The notes: a model not told the origin generated them from the letters alone. Counted from the stretch's first letter, positions 47,678 to 59,324 are shown. The stretch: DNA of 64,000 bases from Planctomycetota bacterium (GCA_965223845.1 CBDCXR010000004.1:2240001-2304000); one strand, 5' to 3'. Translations and numbers: made by a program.

Positions 47678-48160
47678 ATGCACGAAGCCCCTACCGATCG
47701 CGAGACCCACGAGTACGCGAGGCTCAGCGCGAAGCTCGTGCTCAACTGGTTCATCTTCTTCGGCACGACAAACGTAGCTGCGATCGGCTTTCTATCGATC
47801 GCTTATGCGAGTATCTACGGTGGCGCGGAAGCCCCGATACAGTTCGCAGCCGTGCCCGCGGTTTTCGTGTTAACTAGCCTGCTGGGTATCGCCACCTGCA
47901 GCTTCTGCCTCGGTCACATAGAGTCAGCCGGGAAGAGACTCGAGATCGCTGAGTTGATGCCGGTGCGGTTCTATCGCTACGGGCTGGTGACAATGGGCGC
48001 TGCTGCTCTCGTCTACTTGCTCTTTTGGACCGGCGCACTTGTGTATCTCATCCGTGACCATGGAGAACTGAGGCTCTTAACGGTCGCCGTGATCTCAGTT
48101 CTCTCACTCCTCGCTGCTGTCTGTCCGCACTCGAGCTTGCGAAGCTCCGCGAAGTTGTAG
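47678..48160 (+). CDS. hypothetical 4-TM membrane protein
   Basis: Hydrophobic segments; codon usage atypical for the window (ATA, TTA, CTA, TTG). Confidence 0.5.
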   Translation: MHEAPTDRETHEYARLSAKLVLNWFIFFGTTNVAAIGFLSIAYASIYGGAEAPIQFAAVPAVFVLTSLLGIATCSFCLGHIESAGKRLEIAELMPVRFYRYGLVTMGAAALVYLLFWTGALVYLIRDHGELRLLTVAVISVLSLLAAVCPHSSLRSSAKL

Positions 48161-48441
48161 TTTCCGCGGTAGCTGGCCTTTCTGCGCCGGTTACTTCCTA
48201 GTGTTGTAACTAAGCTCGAAGACGACCTCTCGCCCGCACCGAAATCCGCCCGCCGAAGCTAGCGAAAATCCTACGTTCTCGTTCTTGAATCTCGTCGGCG
48301 GCTAGAGTGGGGTCCGCGTTCCGCCGGCGCAGCACGATCGACCGCTCGCGTCACCACGTCGCCACGGACGAGCGCATGAGCGAAATGGTGCGGCCGCCGC
48401 CACCCGCGGCGACGGCCGTAGCATTCAGCAACTAAAAGAGA

Positions 48442-49851
48442 TCACTCCGCGAGCTCGAACCGCGCGACCGTGCCGCCGTCCCGCTGGAGTCCGACCCACA
48501 GGAATCGTCCGTCGTTCGACGTTTGCATTCCCTCTGGACGGGCTCCCGAATCGATCCCGACACTCATGCGGGTGAGTGCGGTCGGCAGAGTCCCGCCGAG
48601 GATGTCGGTCGCGTCGACGAAGAGCACGGATCCGCGATCCTCGTCCTCCGGAGCACGTTCGATGTTGATCGCGGCGACGAGACCGCGGTTTCGCTCGACG
48701 ATCTTCGCCGCGTTCGGGTCGAGTCGCGGCAGGCTCCGTATCGCGGCGGTCTGCTCGTCCGTCGGCTCCTCGCCCGGTGCGAGTGACGGACACTCTTCGA
48801 CGCCGCTGTCGTCGAGGAGCGATGGGTCGACATCGAAGATGCAGTGCGTGATCGGCTCGGGAATCGCCGTGGGCCCGCCGCGAAGATCGATGATCGAGAT
48901 CCCCGCGAGGTGGGGGTAATCCCCGTCCGCCTCGTTCGCAGCAATCAAGAATTCTCCGCCCGGACTGACGCCCATGCCGTCCGGCTCCACGCCGACGGCT
49001 TCGAATTCTGGTTCTTCCCCCTCGTCGCTGACGTTGATCAAAAACCCAAATGGGAGATGGACAACATTCACGAGAGTGAGCGTTTCCATATCGACGACGG
49101 CGATCGACGACTGCTCCTGGAGCGAGACGAAGGCGAGGCTGCCATCGGACGAAAAGGTGACGGATTCCGGCTCGATGTCCTCATCTGCGAGGCGAGCTTC
49201 CTCCCCGGCGAAGAAGGGCTCAAAGTCGCTCCGCCCGATCGTGGCGACGAGCTCGAGACTCCGCTTGGCGCTCGTCGTTCCGTTCGTGGCTCGACGCACG
49301 ACCGTAAACACGTCGATCGCCTCGTACTTCTCACCCGCGACGACGATGTACCTTCCGTTCGGAGAAAGGCCGATACCGTCGGCCGAATCGGGGAGCTCGA
49401 CCTTGTCCATGAGTCCCCCACCGATGTGAGTGAGAAGGAGCTCGTTTCGATCGAACAGATCGTCGTCCCGCACGTTGACGACGATGTAGTCGCGGCTCGG
49501 CCCAATGACGGCGTCCGTGACTTCGCCGCGTCCGAGCTGAACGGTGCGAAGATTGCCGAGAACCTCGCCGGACCGCCCATTGAAGCCGAGGAGCGCCATC
49601 TCCGACTTGAACGCTTCGTTCTCGTTCCCGAGATCGGGCAGCACGATCGGACCCGTACCGAGAACGAGTGAGCCATCGGAAGTGACGTCGAGACCTTCAA
49701 CCTCACCCGTATCGAGATCGAAATGGACGAGGTCGAGAACGACCTGCGCGCGAAGCGACGTCGCGCCGCCGATGACCAAAGCTGCCCAAAGCACTGGGTG
49801 GCAAAGCGCACGACGCCTGCCGACACCATCGCAACAGTGAGAAGAGTACAT
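48442..49851 (-). CDS. secreted beta-propeller protein, choice-of-anchor I / alkaline-phosphatase-like
   Basis: AGGAGGT RBS, signal peptide, DIEPESVTFSSDG..FVSLQEQSSIAVVD, EPDG and AANEAD; very acidic. Confidence 0.65.
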   Translation of the reverse strand: MYSSHCCDGVGRRRALCHPVLWAALVIGGATSLRAQVVLDLVHFDLDTGEVEGLDVTSDGSLVLGTGPIVLPDLGNENEAFKSEMALLGFNGRSGEVLGNLRTVQLGRGEVTDAVIGPSRDYIVVNVRDDDLFDRNELLLTHIGGGLMDKVELPDSADGIGLSPNGRYIVVAGEKYEAIDVFTVVRRATNGTTSAKRSLELVATIGRSDFEPFFAGEEARLADEDIEPESVTFSSDGSLAFVSLQEQSSIAVVDMETLTLVNVVHLPFGFLINVSDEGEEPEFEAVGVEPDGMGVSPGGEFLIAANEADGDYPHLAGISIIDLRGGPTAIPEPITHCIFDVDPSLLDDSGVEECPSLAPGEEPTDEQTAAIRSLPRLDPNAAKIVERNRGLVAAINIERAPEDEDRGSVLFVDATDILGGTLPTALTRMSVGIDSGARPEGMQTSNDGRFLWVGLQRDGGTVARFELAE

Positions 49852-50240
49852 ACATACCTCCTACCGAAGAGCCCATGAACTGCACCTACCTCAACCGCAC
49901 CGATCGATCGACTCCGGTCGATCTCTACCACGGATAGGATCATTGGAGCGGAGACGAAACGCGGAAGCACCGAAAATCGGTGGAGGAATCCGTTCGAACG
50001 CCCGGGTCGCGAGAGCGGACGGCTCGGATGCGCCCGCTAAGATCTCTCCAGACGACGGCTTAGCGATGTACGCGAGTCTTCGGGCGACCCCGGCGACCGG
50101 ACGGCGAGACCATGCTCCGACGTCGAGAACCGCAGCGGCGGATCTCCGCGGACCGCGAGCTTCGCTTTCACGCCGGTCGGTGGGTCCGAGCGTCGGCGCT
50201 CCAATCCTTCAGCAGAATCCACTACGCGATTCAGAGCGCG

Positions 50241-52049
50241 CTACCGATCCCAAGGAAACGCCAAGCTCGGTCGCATCGCGTAACGCTCGACATCCACTCT
50301 CAGCTTCGCCCCACAGCCGGGCTCGAGACGAACGCGGAACGCGCGTCCGTCGACGAGGACAACACTCCGTCCGTTCACGACGCGGACGCAGCGATGCTCA
50401 CCGTAGCTCCCCGTCTGCACGAGCAGCTCTCGCGTCTCCGTCTGATGGATATTGACCAAGGTCAGATCCGCGTCGTCCGGCGAGAGTCGCGATACGAGAG
50501 CGGCGACATCTCGAGGCAGCCCGGCTCGCCGGAGGACCGGATCGAAATAGCGAAACCGCGTGCGCAGGATGTCGCCGCGGTGACCGGGGTGGAGACCGCC
50601 GAGAGTCAACTCGACCATCGCCGTAGTCGTCGCCGGATTGTACGCCATTGGATTGTCGGCAAGGCGTGTATCCGGTGTCGTCTCATCCTGGCGCATGGCG
50701 TGCACGCGGTCCCGGATCCGCTCCAGACCTCGGCGGAGAGATCGCGCGGGGTAGTCCGGGTCCCGACCTTCGAGGTACGCGATCCAGCCGTCGCCCGAGA
50801 GACGCTCTCGGTGTGATTCCGCCATCGACGCGTACCAGATTTCCATCGCGCCTTGCGACCACTTCGACGGACGAAACGCGTACCAACCCTCGTCCCCGTA
50901 CTTGTGTGGATACTGTCGCTTGCCGTCGATTCGCTTCGCATTCGAGTTCACGGCGTCGATCATTCCGCCCCAAGCTTCGAGATAGCGTTCGTCGCCCGTG
51001 AGGAAATGCGCGTTCAGAAAACCGAGTACGCCGAGGCCGATCGTCTGACGGTGAGCGATCTCTCCCGTCTGCGGGACCTCGACGCTGAACGCCCAGCCGT
51101 AGACGCCCCCGTACCACTTCCCGTCCGTCGCGCCGCCGATGGTGCCGTCGAGGCCGATGTTCGATGGGATGATTCCGCCGTTCCGCTCCGTACGATCGAC
51201 CCAAGCATCCACGTAGGTCAGCAACCAATCGCGGTACCTTTCCTCGTGCGTGAGCATGTAAGCGTTCAGCGCGAGCGACGTCGAAGCGAGGTTGGATGGG
51301 TGATCACCGATGACGTCGTTGTAATCTTTGAAGTGAGCGAGCATGTCGGCGTAGTCGCGCTCGCCGTGAAGCAGCTTGAATCTCTCGGCGCCTGCAATCG
51401 GATCGCCGGCCCAGTCGACCGCAGTCGCCTTCCGAAGCAGGGGACCGCGACTGCCGTTGAGCAAGCTTCGGATGATCTTCCGCTCCGGATCGTAGTTGGG
51501 AGCCTGTGGATCGCCCCCGAGGTAGAACTCGGCGTAGCGACGCACGCGCACTCGAAATCGCTCGTCCTTCGGGTCGGAGAGCCCCTGAAGATTGAAAACG
51601 GTGAGTCCTTCCCCGTTGTGGAGCCAGTCCATCATCACGGGGAACTCCCGGTAGTACATGCCGTCCCGGGCGAACGGGACCTGCGTCGTCCGAGCTTCCG
51701 TGTACTGACGAAGATGCCCCTCCCACGCTTTCTTGTAGAGCTCGAGGATGCGGTCGGGAGCTCCGAGCGCGTGAAGAATCGGCCAGTCGTTACAGTTCTC
51801 GATCGCGTCGTCGGGGCCGTCGTTCCCGCCCCACCGTTCGACGCAGAGGAGGTATCCGCGGTCGTCGAAGTAGCGCGAGTAAAACTCCTCGCACGCGACC
51901 GAGTTCGCGCGGAGAAGCTCGCGCTCGAGGAGAGCCCACTCCGGGGGCGGCATCGGCGTGTCGATGCGCACCGTCGGCCCGCTCGCCTCCGCCGCGACCG
52001 CTATCGCGGTGAGCGCGAGGCTGAGAACGCAGAACAGCTTGATGGGCAT
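50241..52049 (-). CDS. secreted hypothetical protein, probable (alpha/alpha) toroid enzyme
   Basis: Signal peptide, WGGNDGPDDAIEN, DWLHNGEG and WYGGVYGW; aromatic-rich helical body. Confidence 0.75.
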   Translation of the reverse strand: MPIKLFCVLSLALTAIAVAAEASGPTVRIDTPMPPPEWALLERELLRANSVACEEFYSRYFDDRGYLLCVERWGGNDGPDDAIENCNDWPILHALGAPDRILELYKKAWEGHLRQYTEARTTQVPFARDGMYYREFPVMMDWLHNGEGLTVFNLQGLSDPKDERFRVRVRRYAEFYLGGDPQAPNYDPERKIIRSLLNGSRGPLLRKATAVDWAGDPIAGAERFKLLHGERDYADMLAHFKDYNDVIGDHPSNLASTSLALNAYMLTHEERYRDWLLTYVDAWVDRTERNGGIIPSNIGLDGTIGGATDGKWYGGVYGWAFSVEVPQTGEIAHRQTIGLGVLGFLNAHFLTGDERYLEAWGGMIDAVNSNAKRIDGKRQYPHKYGDEGWYAFRPSKWSQGAMEIWYASMAESHRERLSGDGWIAYLEGRDPDYPARSLRRGLERIRDRVHAMRQDETTPDTRLADNPMAYNPATTTAMVELTLGGLHPGHRGDILRTRFRYFDPVLRRAGLPRDVAALVSRLSPDDADLTLVNIHQTETRELLVQTGSYGEHRCVRVVNGRSVVLVDGRAFRVRLEPGCGAKLRVDVERYAMRPSLAFPWDR

Positions 52050-52117
52050 CGGACGCCTCAGCCTCCGCACAAAGCGATCGCAGCTCGGATTCGCGCGCGA
52101 GTGAGTTCGCACTACGG

Positions 52118-54985
52118 TCATTCTCCGCTCTTCGACGCCGGGCTCTCAGAGTCTACGAACACTGCTCCCGGAAGCACCCACGCGTGAGTCCGACCGTCCC
52201 GAGCCGTCACCTGAAGGTGCACGTCGTAGCGCCCAGGGTCGCGATAGATGTGCCGCGGATTCTGCTCCTCACTCGTTCCGCCGTCCCCGAACGTCCAGCG
52301 CCAAGCGACGATTTCCCCCACCGATCGATCCCGAAACCTCACCGCGACGGGCGCCGCGCCGCTCGCGGTCCCCACGTCAAACCACGCGTTCAGTGCCGGG
52401 GGAACTTCGTAGCCGAGCGCGGTGAGCTTCGCGTCGAGGTGCCGGTAGCGCTTTCGCACCCAATCCTCGAAGGCCGCAAAGCGTCGATCGAAATCGTCGT
52501 CGCCGCCGTACGATCGCCAGAGCGCGCGGTCGCGAAGCATAAGCGGACGGATGCGATCACGGAGAGCCCGGGCCTTCGGAAGCAACACGGCCGGGTCGTA
52601 GTAGTGGCTAAGGGCCTCGGCGAGTCGCCGGTAGTAGCGACGGCGGAAGGAATTCGTTCGACGAAGCACGGCGTCGATCACCCCGTTCACCGGTCCGTCG
52701 CACTTCGGATGGACACGCGTGCCGAAGAGGAGGGCGTCGTCGTTCGTCTCGTCGTCCCAATGATTGTACCGAAGGCGGTCGTTCAGGATTCCTCCCCAGC
52801 CACGGCACTCGAAATTACGGCCGTGCGTGAGATCGAGGTCCCAAGGCAAAAAAGTGAAACGTCCGTCCGGGCTTCGGTGAACGAGATAGTTTTTCTCCAC
52901 ATGGTCAGCGTTGTGAATCAGCTGATTCGCGACGAGGAAATCGAGGAACGAGTCGACGGCGATCGTTTCTTCAATCAAGGCGTCGAGCTCTTCGCCGCTA
53001 ACCCTACGTATCTCGTCGAGCCACGCCACGAGCAGGTCTCGTGCGGTCGCCGGATCGCCAGCTTCGAGCTCGAATCGTCCGCCCCGGCCGTTCGCCGACG
53101 AGTACGCCTTCCACAGATGGCCCGACTGTCCGTTCCTCGTTAGATAGGTCTCGCCGGGATTCTCGACCTGCACGTAGAGACCGTAAAACTCACCGTTCAG
53201 CTCGAGTACGACGTGCTCGACGGCGCAGTGCGGGCGCCCGAGGTCACGCCAGAGACGAAATCCGAGCATCTCTCGGAGGGCGATCTTGTCTCCGTACGAG
53301 CTGTTCAGATTCACCGTTCGGATCGGCCTCCGTCCGCGCCCGAGACGAAAGCGATTCGCCTTCGGAAACTTGAGTTTCCAGTGACGTTTTGGATAAGCCC
53401 GCGAGGTGTGGCCGCGGTGGCGCACTCCGACTCCGGAGTAAACCACACCGTCGTAGATGAACGTCGCGGGTCGGTAGGCGTCCGAGTGCGGGTTCCGCCG
53501 GAGATCCCGCGCGACCTCGGGCGCAACGCGCAGGCGATACACCGGGACGGCGCTCGGAGCCCGGGGCGGTTCGACAAAATAGCCTCGACGCGACCCGAGC
53601 TCCCCCTCCGGGAAACGCGTGATCTGTTCGCGCGCGTCCGTCGCCGTCACCCAGTATTCGACGAGGGTCTCCGCGGCGACGCCAGGAAGCGACGCGGCGA
53701 AGTCGACGGGGAGTGAGCGCGCGCCAAACTCCGGAGTCACCGCCGTCTGAGTCTCGAGCGGAACGCGTTCGACCGCCCCGCCGTCTCGAGCGACATGCAG
53801 AATCAGGGATTCGAAGGCGACGTCGCCGGGACGGACGCGAGCGGTGATGGTGACGGGCTCACCGGGGCCGGGCCGGAACGGTTCGTGACGCACGCTCTCG
53901 ACGAGACCCGGCAGAACCTCGGTCGCGGTCGAGTTCCTGGCACCGGGCGTTCCCTCACTCGGGACGGTTTCGATCCAGATCGAATCCCGCCGATTCCCGG
54001 CGCCGGAGAATCGGGCGACAAGTGCGCCGCTATCCGCCTCGAAACGAGCCCAAAACTCGACTCGACAGCGGGAGCCGGCCGTCACCGGCAAGTCGCGACG
54101 ATCGACGGCCGACGACCCGGACGATCCCGCGCCCTCGGCGACGACGCGCATTCCCGGCGTACCGCCTCGCCCGGCGCTCGGGTCGATCCGGCTCGCCCGG
54201 TGACCGCCGTACGGCCGCCAGCTCCTGCCGCGCGAAAAATCGTCGCGAAGGACGACCTTTCCCGCGGCGTCGCGGAGAACGAAGTCGTCGACGACGCACG
54301 CGCCGGAACCGAGAAGATAGAAGTAGAAGCGCTGCGAAGTAACGATTCCTTCGCCCGTCACGCGAACCCAGCCGCCACCGCCCGAAGCGCTCCAGTTGCG
54401 GACGTCGTCCGCCCGGCGAGACGCGCTCCTCCGCTCGAGCGACCTTCCCGCCCCGATGGTCGGCCACGGCGCCCCACCCGCATAGGCCAGCGACTCGACC
54501 GTCGAGCCGTCGCGGTCGACCAGGTGAATCTCGCCTCCGGCATCGTCGAGCTCGCCCGACCAACCGCCAACGACCTCGCTCGCCGCGACGCGCTCGCGGA
54601 TTCGCGCGGCGTCGGCCGCGACGAGGAGAAAACCGTCGGCAGGAATCGAGGTCCCGCGGGGGAGTTCGATCTCGACGGATCCGCCGAGCCGCCAGCCACT
54701 CACGTCGGCGCGCATCCCGCTGCGGTTGTAGAGCTCGATCCACTCTTCGTTCGGCTCGCCACTCCGCGGCGAGTAACAGATCTCGTTGACGACGACGCTC
54801 GCGCGCACCTCTTCCCGTGTGGCGACGGGACCATCATCGACGGGCTGCGAAGCCGCATCGACTTGACGCCTCGCCGACTCGTCCGGCCCCTCGGGAAGAG
54901 CCGCGTTGACGGGAACCTCGACCGTCCGAACGCAAGAGAGCGATGCACTCACGAGGCAGATCGAGATGAGGAACGCGATGCGCAT
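52118..54985 (-). CDS. CotH-kinase family lipoprotein with lamin-tail and PKD domains
   Basis: Lipobox-like SLSC, LTD (VVNEI..EWIELYN), CotH ([39 protein letters not shown]) and PKD ([17 protein letters not shown]). Confidence 0.85.
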   Translation of the reverse strand: MRIAFLISICLVSASLSCVRTVEVPVNAALPEGPDESARRQVDAASQPVDDGPVATREEVRASVVVNEICYSPRSGEPNEEWIELYNRSGMRADVSGWRLGGSVEIELPRGTSIPADGFLLVAADAARIRERVAASEVVGGWSGELDDAGGEIHLVDRDGSTVESLAYAGGAPWPTIGAGRSLERRSASRRADDVRNWSASGGGGWVRVTGEGIVTSQRFYFYLLGSGACVVDDFVLRDAAGKVVLRDDFSRGRSWRPYGGHRASRIDPSAGRGGTPGMRVVAEGAGSSGSSAVDRRDLPVTAGSRCRVEFWARFEADSGALVARFSGAGNRRDSIWIETVPSEGTPGARNSTATEVLPGLVESVRHEPFRPGPGEPVTITARVRPGDVAFESLILHVARDGGAVERVPLETQTAVTPEFGARSLPVDFAASLPGVAAETLVEYWVTATDAREQITRFPEGELGSRRGYFVEPPRAPSAVPVYRLRVAPEVARDLRRNPHSDAYRPATFIYDGVVYSGVGVRHRGHTSRAYPKRHWKLKFPKANRFRLGRGRRPIRTVNLNSSYGDKIALREMLGFRLWRDLGRPHCAVEHVVLELNGEFYGLYVQVENPGETYLTRNGQSGHLWKAYSSANGRGGRFELEAGDPATARDLLVAWLDEIRRVSGEELDALIEETIAVDSFLDFLVANQLIHNADHVEKNYLVHRSPDGRFTFLPWDLDLTHGRNFECRGWGGILNDRLRYNHWDDETNDDALLFGTRVHPKCDGPVNGVIDAVLRRTNSFRRRYYRRLAEALSHYYDPAVLLPKARALRDRIRPLMLRDRALWRSYGGDDDFDRRFAAFEDWVRKRYRHLDAKLTALGYEVPPALNAWFDVGTASGAAPVAVRFRDRSVGEIVAWRWTFGDGGTSEEQNPRHIYRDPGRYDVHLQVTARDGRTHAWVLPGAVFVDSESPASKSGE

Positions 54986-55091
54986 CGAGCCTCCGCGACG
55001 GCCGAACTCAGGTGGGCACGGTATTGTAGCTGCGCGCGTCCGCCGCACCCGTTTTTCTTCTCCCGTCCTTCGCGAGCTGGCGAGCGACGGG

Positions 55092-55724
55092 TCACACCAC
55101 CACGAGACACTCGACGCGCGCCGGACCGTGTACGCCTTTGACGAGCCGCTGCGCGATGTCGGCCGTTCGACTCGGCCCCGTCACGACGACGAGGTTCGAC
55201 GGAAGACTCCCGTCCCGAAACTCGGCGAGGACGTCGCCGAAGTCGGCGACGATCTGAGATTCGTCGATCACCGCGACGTGGACGGGCGGCACGAGCGAGA
55301 GTCGCCGCGGGCGACCAGGACCCGAGCAGACGACGAGACTCCCCGTCTCCGCGACCGCGAACCGAACGCCGGTGACGCCACAGCCGGCCTCGAACAGCGC
55401 TTCCTCGGACGCGTCTCGCAGACCGATGTCCTCGAGATCGGGAAAGCGCTCGAGGAGCGCGGTCTCGACGATCGCCGGCCCGTGCTTGTCCGTCCGCGCC
55501 CTGGCTGCGCGGGCGAGCGTGTCGCGCGAAACTCGCTCGACGTCGACCCCGAGCGCCCGCGCGCGCTCCGCGAAAATCGCCGCGAGGTCTGCGCCCGGTG
55601 CGAGCGTCCTCACGAGCGCCGGATCGATCGCCGGCGGCGCGGGCGGAGAACGGAAGCCGGTGGCCCGCTTCACGTCGTCGAGGACGGGATGACTCTCCGT
55701 ACGGCGCGGGCGCGGATGGTTCAC
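55092..55724 (-). CDS. lutC: lactate utilization protein C (LUD domain)
   Basis: [20 protein letters not shown] and [21 protein letters not shown] overlap with lutB. Confidence 0.85.
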   Translation of the reverse strand: MNHPRPRRTESHPVLDDVKRATGFRSPPAPPAIDPALVRTLAPGADLAAIFAERARALGVDVERVSRDTLARAARARTDKHGPAIVETALLERFPDLEDIGLRDASEEALFEAGCGVTGVRFAVAETGSLVVCSGPGRPRRLSLVPPVHVAVIDESQIVADFGDVLAEFRDGSLPSNLVVVTGPSRTADIAQRLVKGVHGPARVECLVVV

Positions 55725-57115
55725 TTCGAACTCTCCCTCCAAATGGCGCGAAATGACTTCGCGGGCGGTACGGGAAAGTCGCGCTCGACGCGCGTCCAGC
55801 GCCGAATCGATCTCGCCTTGGTCCATCCCCCGCGCGAACCGAGCCCGAGACTCCAGCGCAGCATCCGCTGAGCCGCGCGATAGAGTCGCGGTGAACGCAT
55901 CGCCGAGAGGGCGGCGCGAACGAGAGCGCGCTTCCCGCGCGATCCGGCGCCGAGACCCGCCGATCGCGCGCGCAATTCGACGAGCAGCCGCGGAATGTCG
56001 ATCTTCACCGGACACGCTTCGAGACAACCGCCGCACAAGCTCGAGGCTTCGGGCAAGGCCGCGCGATCCTTCTCGCCTTCGAGAAGCGGAGTGATGACTT
56101 TCCCGATCGGCCCCGGATAAACCGAGCCGTAGGCGTGCCCGCCGATCGTTCTGTACACGGGGCAGGCGTTGAGACACGCACCACACCGAATGCAGCGGAG
56201 CGCCTCGCTGAACGGCGTGCCGAGTAGCGCGCTCCGCCCGCGATCGAGAAGCACCACGTGTAGTTCTTCGGGGCCGTCCGCGTCGTCCGAACGCTTCGGA
56301 CCCGTGACGAGGTTCGTGTACACGGTGAGCGCCTGACCGGTCGCGCTCCGTCCGAGCAGCTTGACGAAGACCGCGACGTCGTCGAGGCGGGGAATGAGCT
56401 TCTCGATCCCCATCACGGCGACGTGGACGCGCGGGAGCGAGGTTACGTAGCGGCCGTTCCCCTCGTTGGTCACGAGGACGAGCGTCCCGGTCGACGCGAC
56501 GCCGAAGTTGACTCCAGAAATGCCGAGATCGGCGCGGCGAAAGATCGGCCGGAGATGCTCGCGCGCCGCGCGCGTGAGCTGTTGCTCGTCTTCGGTGTAG
56601 TCGACGCCCAGCTCACGCTCGAACGCTCGCGAGATCGTCTCGATGTCCTTGTGGATGATGGGAAGGACGATGTGGCTGGGGTGATCGTTCTCGATCTGGA
56701 CGACGAACTCGCCGAGATCCGACTCCACCACCTCGACTCCGGCGGCGGCGAGCGCTGCGTTGAGATCGATCTCCTCGCTCACCATCGACTTTCCCTTCAC
56801 GGCGCGACGACATCCCGCGGACCGCGCGATCTCCGCGACGGTCTCGACCGCCTCTGCGGCGGTCGAGGCGAAGTGTACGTTCGCGCCGCCGTCCTCGAGG
56901 CGCGCCACGAACTCGTCGAGGTACGCGCCGAGATGCTCGAGCGTGTGGTCCTTGATGCGTGCCGCGAGATCGCGCAAGGCGTCAATGTCGGGAAGCTCGC
57001 CCCAAGCGGCCCGGCGGCGGGCGTCGAGCGCAGTCGTGGCTTCCCACACGGCGCCGGTCATGTCGGGCGTCGCGAGGGCATCGCGGACGCGCTCCTCGAA
57101 CGACTCCGTACTCAA
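55721..57115 (-). CDS. lutB: lactate utilization Fe-S protein B
   Basis: KGKSMVSEEI, SDLGE, PSHIVLPIIH, VTNEGN, CIRCGACLNACP and SSLCGGC..CPVKIDIP. Confidence 0.92.
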   Translation of the reverse strand: MSTESFEERVRDALATPDMTGAVWEATTALDARRRAAWGELPDIDALRDLAARIKDHTLEHLGAYLDEFVARLEDGGANVHFASTAAEAVETVAEIARSAGCRRAVKGKSMVSEEIDLNAALAAAGVEVVESDLGEFVVQIENDHPSHIVLPIIHKDIETISRAFERELGVDYTEDEQQLTRAAREHLRPIFRRADLGISGVNFGVASTGTLVLVTNEGNGRYVTSLPRVHVAVMGIEKLIPRLDDVAVFVKLLGRSATGQALTVYTNLVTGPKRSDDADGPEELHVVLLDRGRSALLGTPFSEALRCIRCGACLNACPVYRTIGGHAYGSVYPGPIGKVITPLLEGEKDRAALPEASSLCGGCLEACPVKIDIPRLLVELRARSAGLGAGSRGKRALVRAALSAMRSPRLYRAAQRMLRWSLGLGSRGGWTKARSIRRWTRVERDFPVPPAKSFRAIWRESSK

Positions 57116-57864
57116 ACGACCGCCTCGAGCCGCTCGAGATCCCAGCCCTGCGCCTCCGCGATCAACTCGGCGACGTGCCGAATGCGGATCGACGACTCAC
57201 GCCGGTGGAGCCCGCCTCCGATCTGGAGCCCGCACCCCCCCTCGTTGCAAACGAGCAGCTTCGCGCCCGTCGCCTCGATGCCCCGGAGCTTCGTCCGAAG
57301 CATCCCCGCGCTGATCTCGGGACAGGTCGTCGCGAAGGTGCCGCCGAAGCCGCAGCATGCGTCGAATCCCTCGGCGGCGCGGTAGTCGTCGCCGAGACGC
57401 GCCGCGGCTTTCTCCGCGCGGGAGGGGTCGACCAGCCCCCGCAGATGGCACGGATAATGAAAGGTATGCGCATCGGTCCGCCGCACGCCGAGTGCGTGCC
57501 AATCGACCGCTAGCACGTCGTCGAGGAAGGACGTGAACTCCCAGCACTTCGCCGCGAGCGCGCGCACGGACGCGCGCTCCGCGTCGTCCCGGCACAGGTC
57601 TGCCCCGTGAAGCTTCACCATCGCGGTGCAGCTCCCGCTCGGGCTCACCACATAGTCGTAGTCGTCGAAGACGCGCGCCATCCGAACGAGCAGTCGCTCG
57701 GCCTCGCGCGGGAGGCCGGCCGTGTAGCCGGGCTGTCCGCAGCAAGTTTGCTCCTCGGGAAACCCGACGTCGCACCCGAGATGCCGGAGCGTCTTCACGA
57801 CGGCGACCGCCACGCGCGGAAAGAACGTATCGGTGAGACAAGTGACGAAGAGACCGACCCGCAC
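57112..57864 (-). CDS. lutA: lactate utilization protein A (CCG domain)
   Basis: VGLFVTCLTD, QTCCGQP, SGSC, HYPCH and CCGFGGTF. GTG start at 57864. Confidence 0.9.
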   Translation of the reverse strand: MRVGLFVTCLTDTFFPRVAVAVVKTLRHLGCDVGFPEEQTCCGQPGYTAGLPREAERLLVRMARVFDDYDYVVSPSGSCTAMVKLHGADLCRDDAERASVRALAAKCWEFTSFLDDVLAVDWHALGVRRTDAHTFHYPCHLRGLVDPSRAEKAAARLGDDYRAAEGFDACCGFGGTFATTCPEISAGMLRTKLRGIEATGAKLLVCNEGGCGLQIGGGLHRRESSIRIRHVAELIAEAQGWDLERLEAVV

Positions 57865-58062
57865 GCGCGACTCCCGTGTCGCCCGGCCGCGGTTCTGAGC
57901 TCTACACGCCGCGTCGCGCGCCGGCCGGGCGTCGGCGCACCGTCTCGCAGCGACTCCTCGCTCGAGCGGGACAGATTGTACCCGACCGAAGAGAGGACGA
58001 AGAGCCGCTAGGAACGGACCAACGGCGCGAAACACCCGCGCCGACGCGGTGTGCCCCGCCGC

Positions 58063-59250
58063 TTACGCCCGAGCGGCCCCGGTGGACTCGCTCATTCGGG
58101 CGAAGGCCCGGTCGACATCTTCGATGAGGTCTTCGACGTCCTCGATACCCGCCGAAAGTCGAAGCAAGCCGTCCGTGATGCCTTGGGCCTCCCGCTCCTC
58201 CGAGTTCATCCCCGAGTGTGACGTCACCGCGGGCCGGCAGATCAGACTTTCGACTCCTCCCATGCTCGTCGCTTCCGTCAGCAACTCGAGCCCCGCGAGG
58301 AAGGATCGCGCCGCGCTCAGCCCCCCGGCGAGCTCGAACGACAGCATGCCTCCGTAGCCGTCGAATACCCGTCGTGCGATCTCGTGATCGGGGTGAGATT
58401 CGAGGCCGGGATAGTGAACGACTCGAACCTCGGGCCGTCGCTCGAGGTATCTGGCTAGAGCGAGCGCGTTTTCGGCGTGCTGTCGCATGCGAACGCCGAG
58501 CGTTTTCATCCCGCGGGTCACGAGGAACGCGTTGTGAGGGTCGATGGTCCCACCGAGGTAGTTGAGCAGATGGTGGATCCGCTCGACCCACTCTCGACTG
58601 CCGGCGACGGCTCCGGCGACGAGGTCGCTGTGACCGTTGAGGTATTTCGTGCAGCTGTGGACGCTGAGGTCGTACCCGATCTCGATCGGCCGGAAGAAGA
58701 CGGGCGTCGTGAAGGTGTTGTCGATGACGGAGGTCAACCCGTGCGCCTTCGCGAACGCGACGACTGCCCCGTGGTCGACCGACTGCATGAGTGGATTGCT
58801 GATCGACTCGGTGTAGATCGCTCGCGTGTCGGGTCGGAGCTTCGCGGACCAGGTCTCGGGCCGACGTCCGTCGATGAAGTCGTGAGTGCAACCGAGTTGC
58901 GCGAGAATGTCGACGACGAACGTGTAGGTGCCTCCGTAGAGACGATCCTGCACGAGAAGGTGGCCGCCCGTGCCGCGAAGCGCCGCGAGGAGCGTCGTCG
59001 AAATCGCGGCCATGCCGCTTGCGAACGCGAGGCCCGCTTCGGCGCACTCGAGGTCGGCGATCTTCCTCGCGAGGCACTTCTGGTCCGGCAAGGTCGACAT
59101 GCGGGGATATCGAATGCCGGCGTACGAACCGGTCGTGCCCTCGGAAAACTCGAACACCGAGGACTGAAAGATCGGGGTGACGACAGCGCCTTCGTAGCGC
59201 GGCCGAGGGTCACCGGCGTGGACGGATCGGGTGGCGATTCGGGGCATCAT
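58063..59250 (-). CDS. Cys/Met metabolism PLP enzyme (cystathionine gamma-synthase / methionine gamma-lyase family)
   Basis: PIFQSS, FASGMAAI, ESISNP, DNTFTTP, HSCTKYLNGHSD and RLSAGIEDVEDL. Confidence 0.9.
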   Translation of the reverse strand: MMPRIATRSVHAGDPRPRYEGAVVTPIFQSSVFEFSEGTTGSYAGIRYPRMSTLPDQKCLARKIADLECAEAGLAFASGMAAISTTLLAALRGTGGHLLVQDRLYGGTYTFVVDILAQLGCTHDFIDGRRPETWSAKLRPDTRAIYTESISNPLMQSVDHGAVVAFAKAHGLTSVIDNTFTTPVFFRPIEIGYDLSVHSCTKYLNGHSDLVAGAVAGSREWVERIHHLLNYLGGTIDPHNAFLVTRGMKTLGVRMRQHAENALALARYLERRPEVRVVHYPGLESHPDHEIARRVFDGYGGMLSFELAGGLSAARSFLAGLELLTEATSMGGVESLICRPAVTSHSGMNSEEREAQGITDGLLRLSAGIEDVEDLIEDVDRAFARMSESTGAARA

Positions 59251-59324
59251 CGGACTCCAGTTCTGCTGTGGTTCACTCCAGAATCGATCAGAATAAGGGG
59301 TGCAATATTCATATCAATCCTTAT

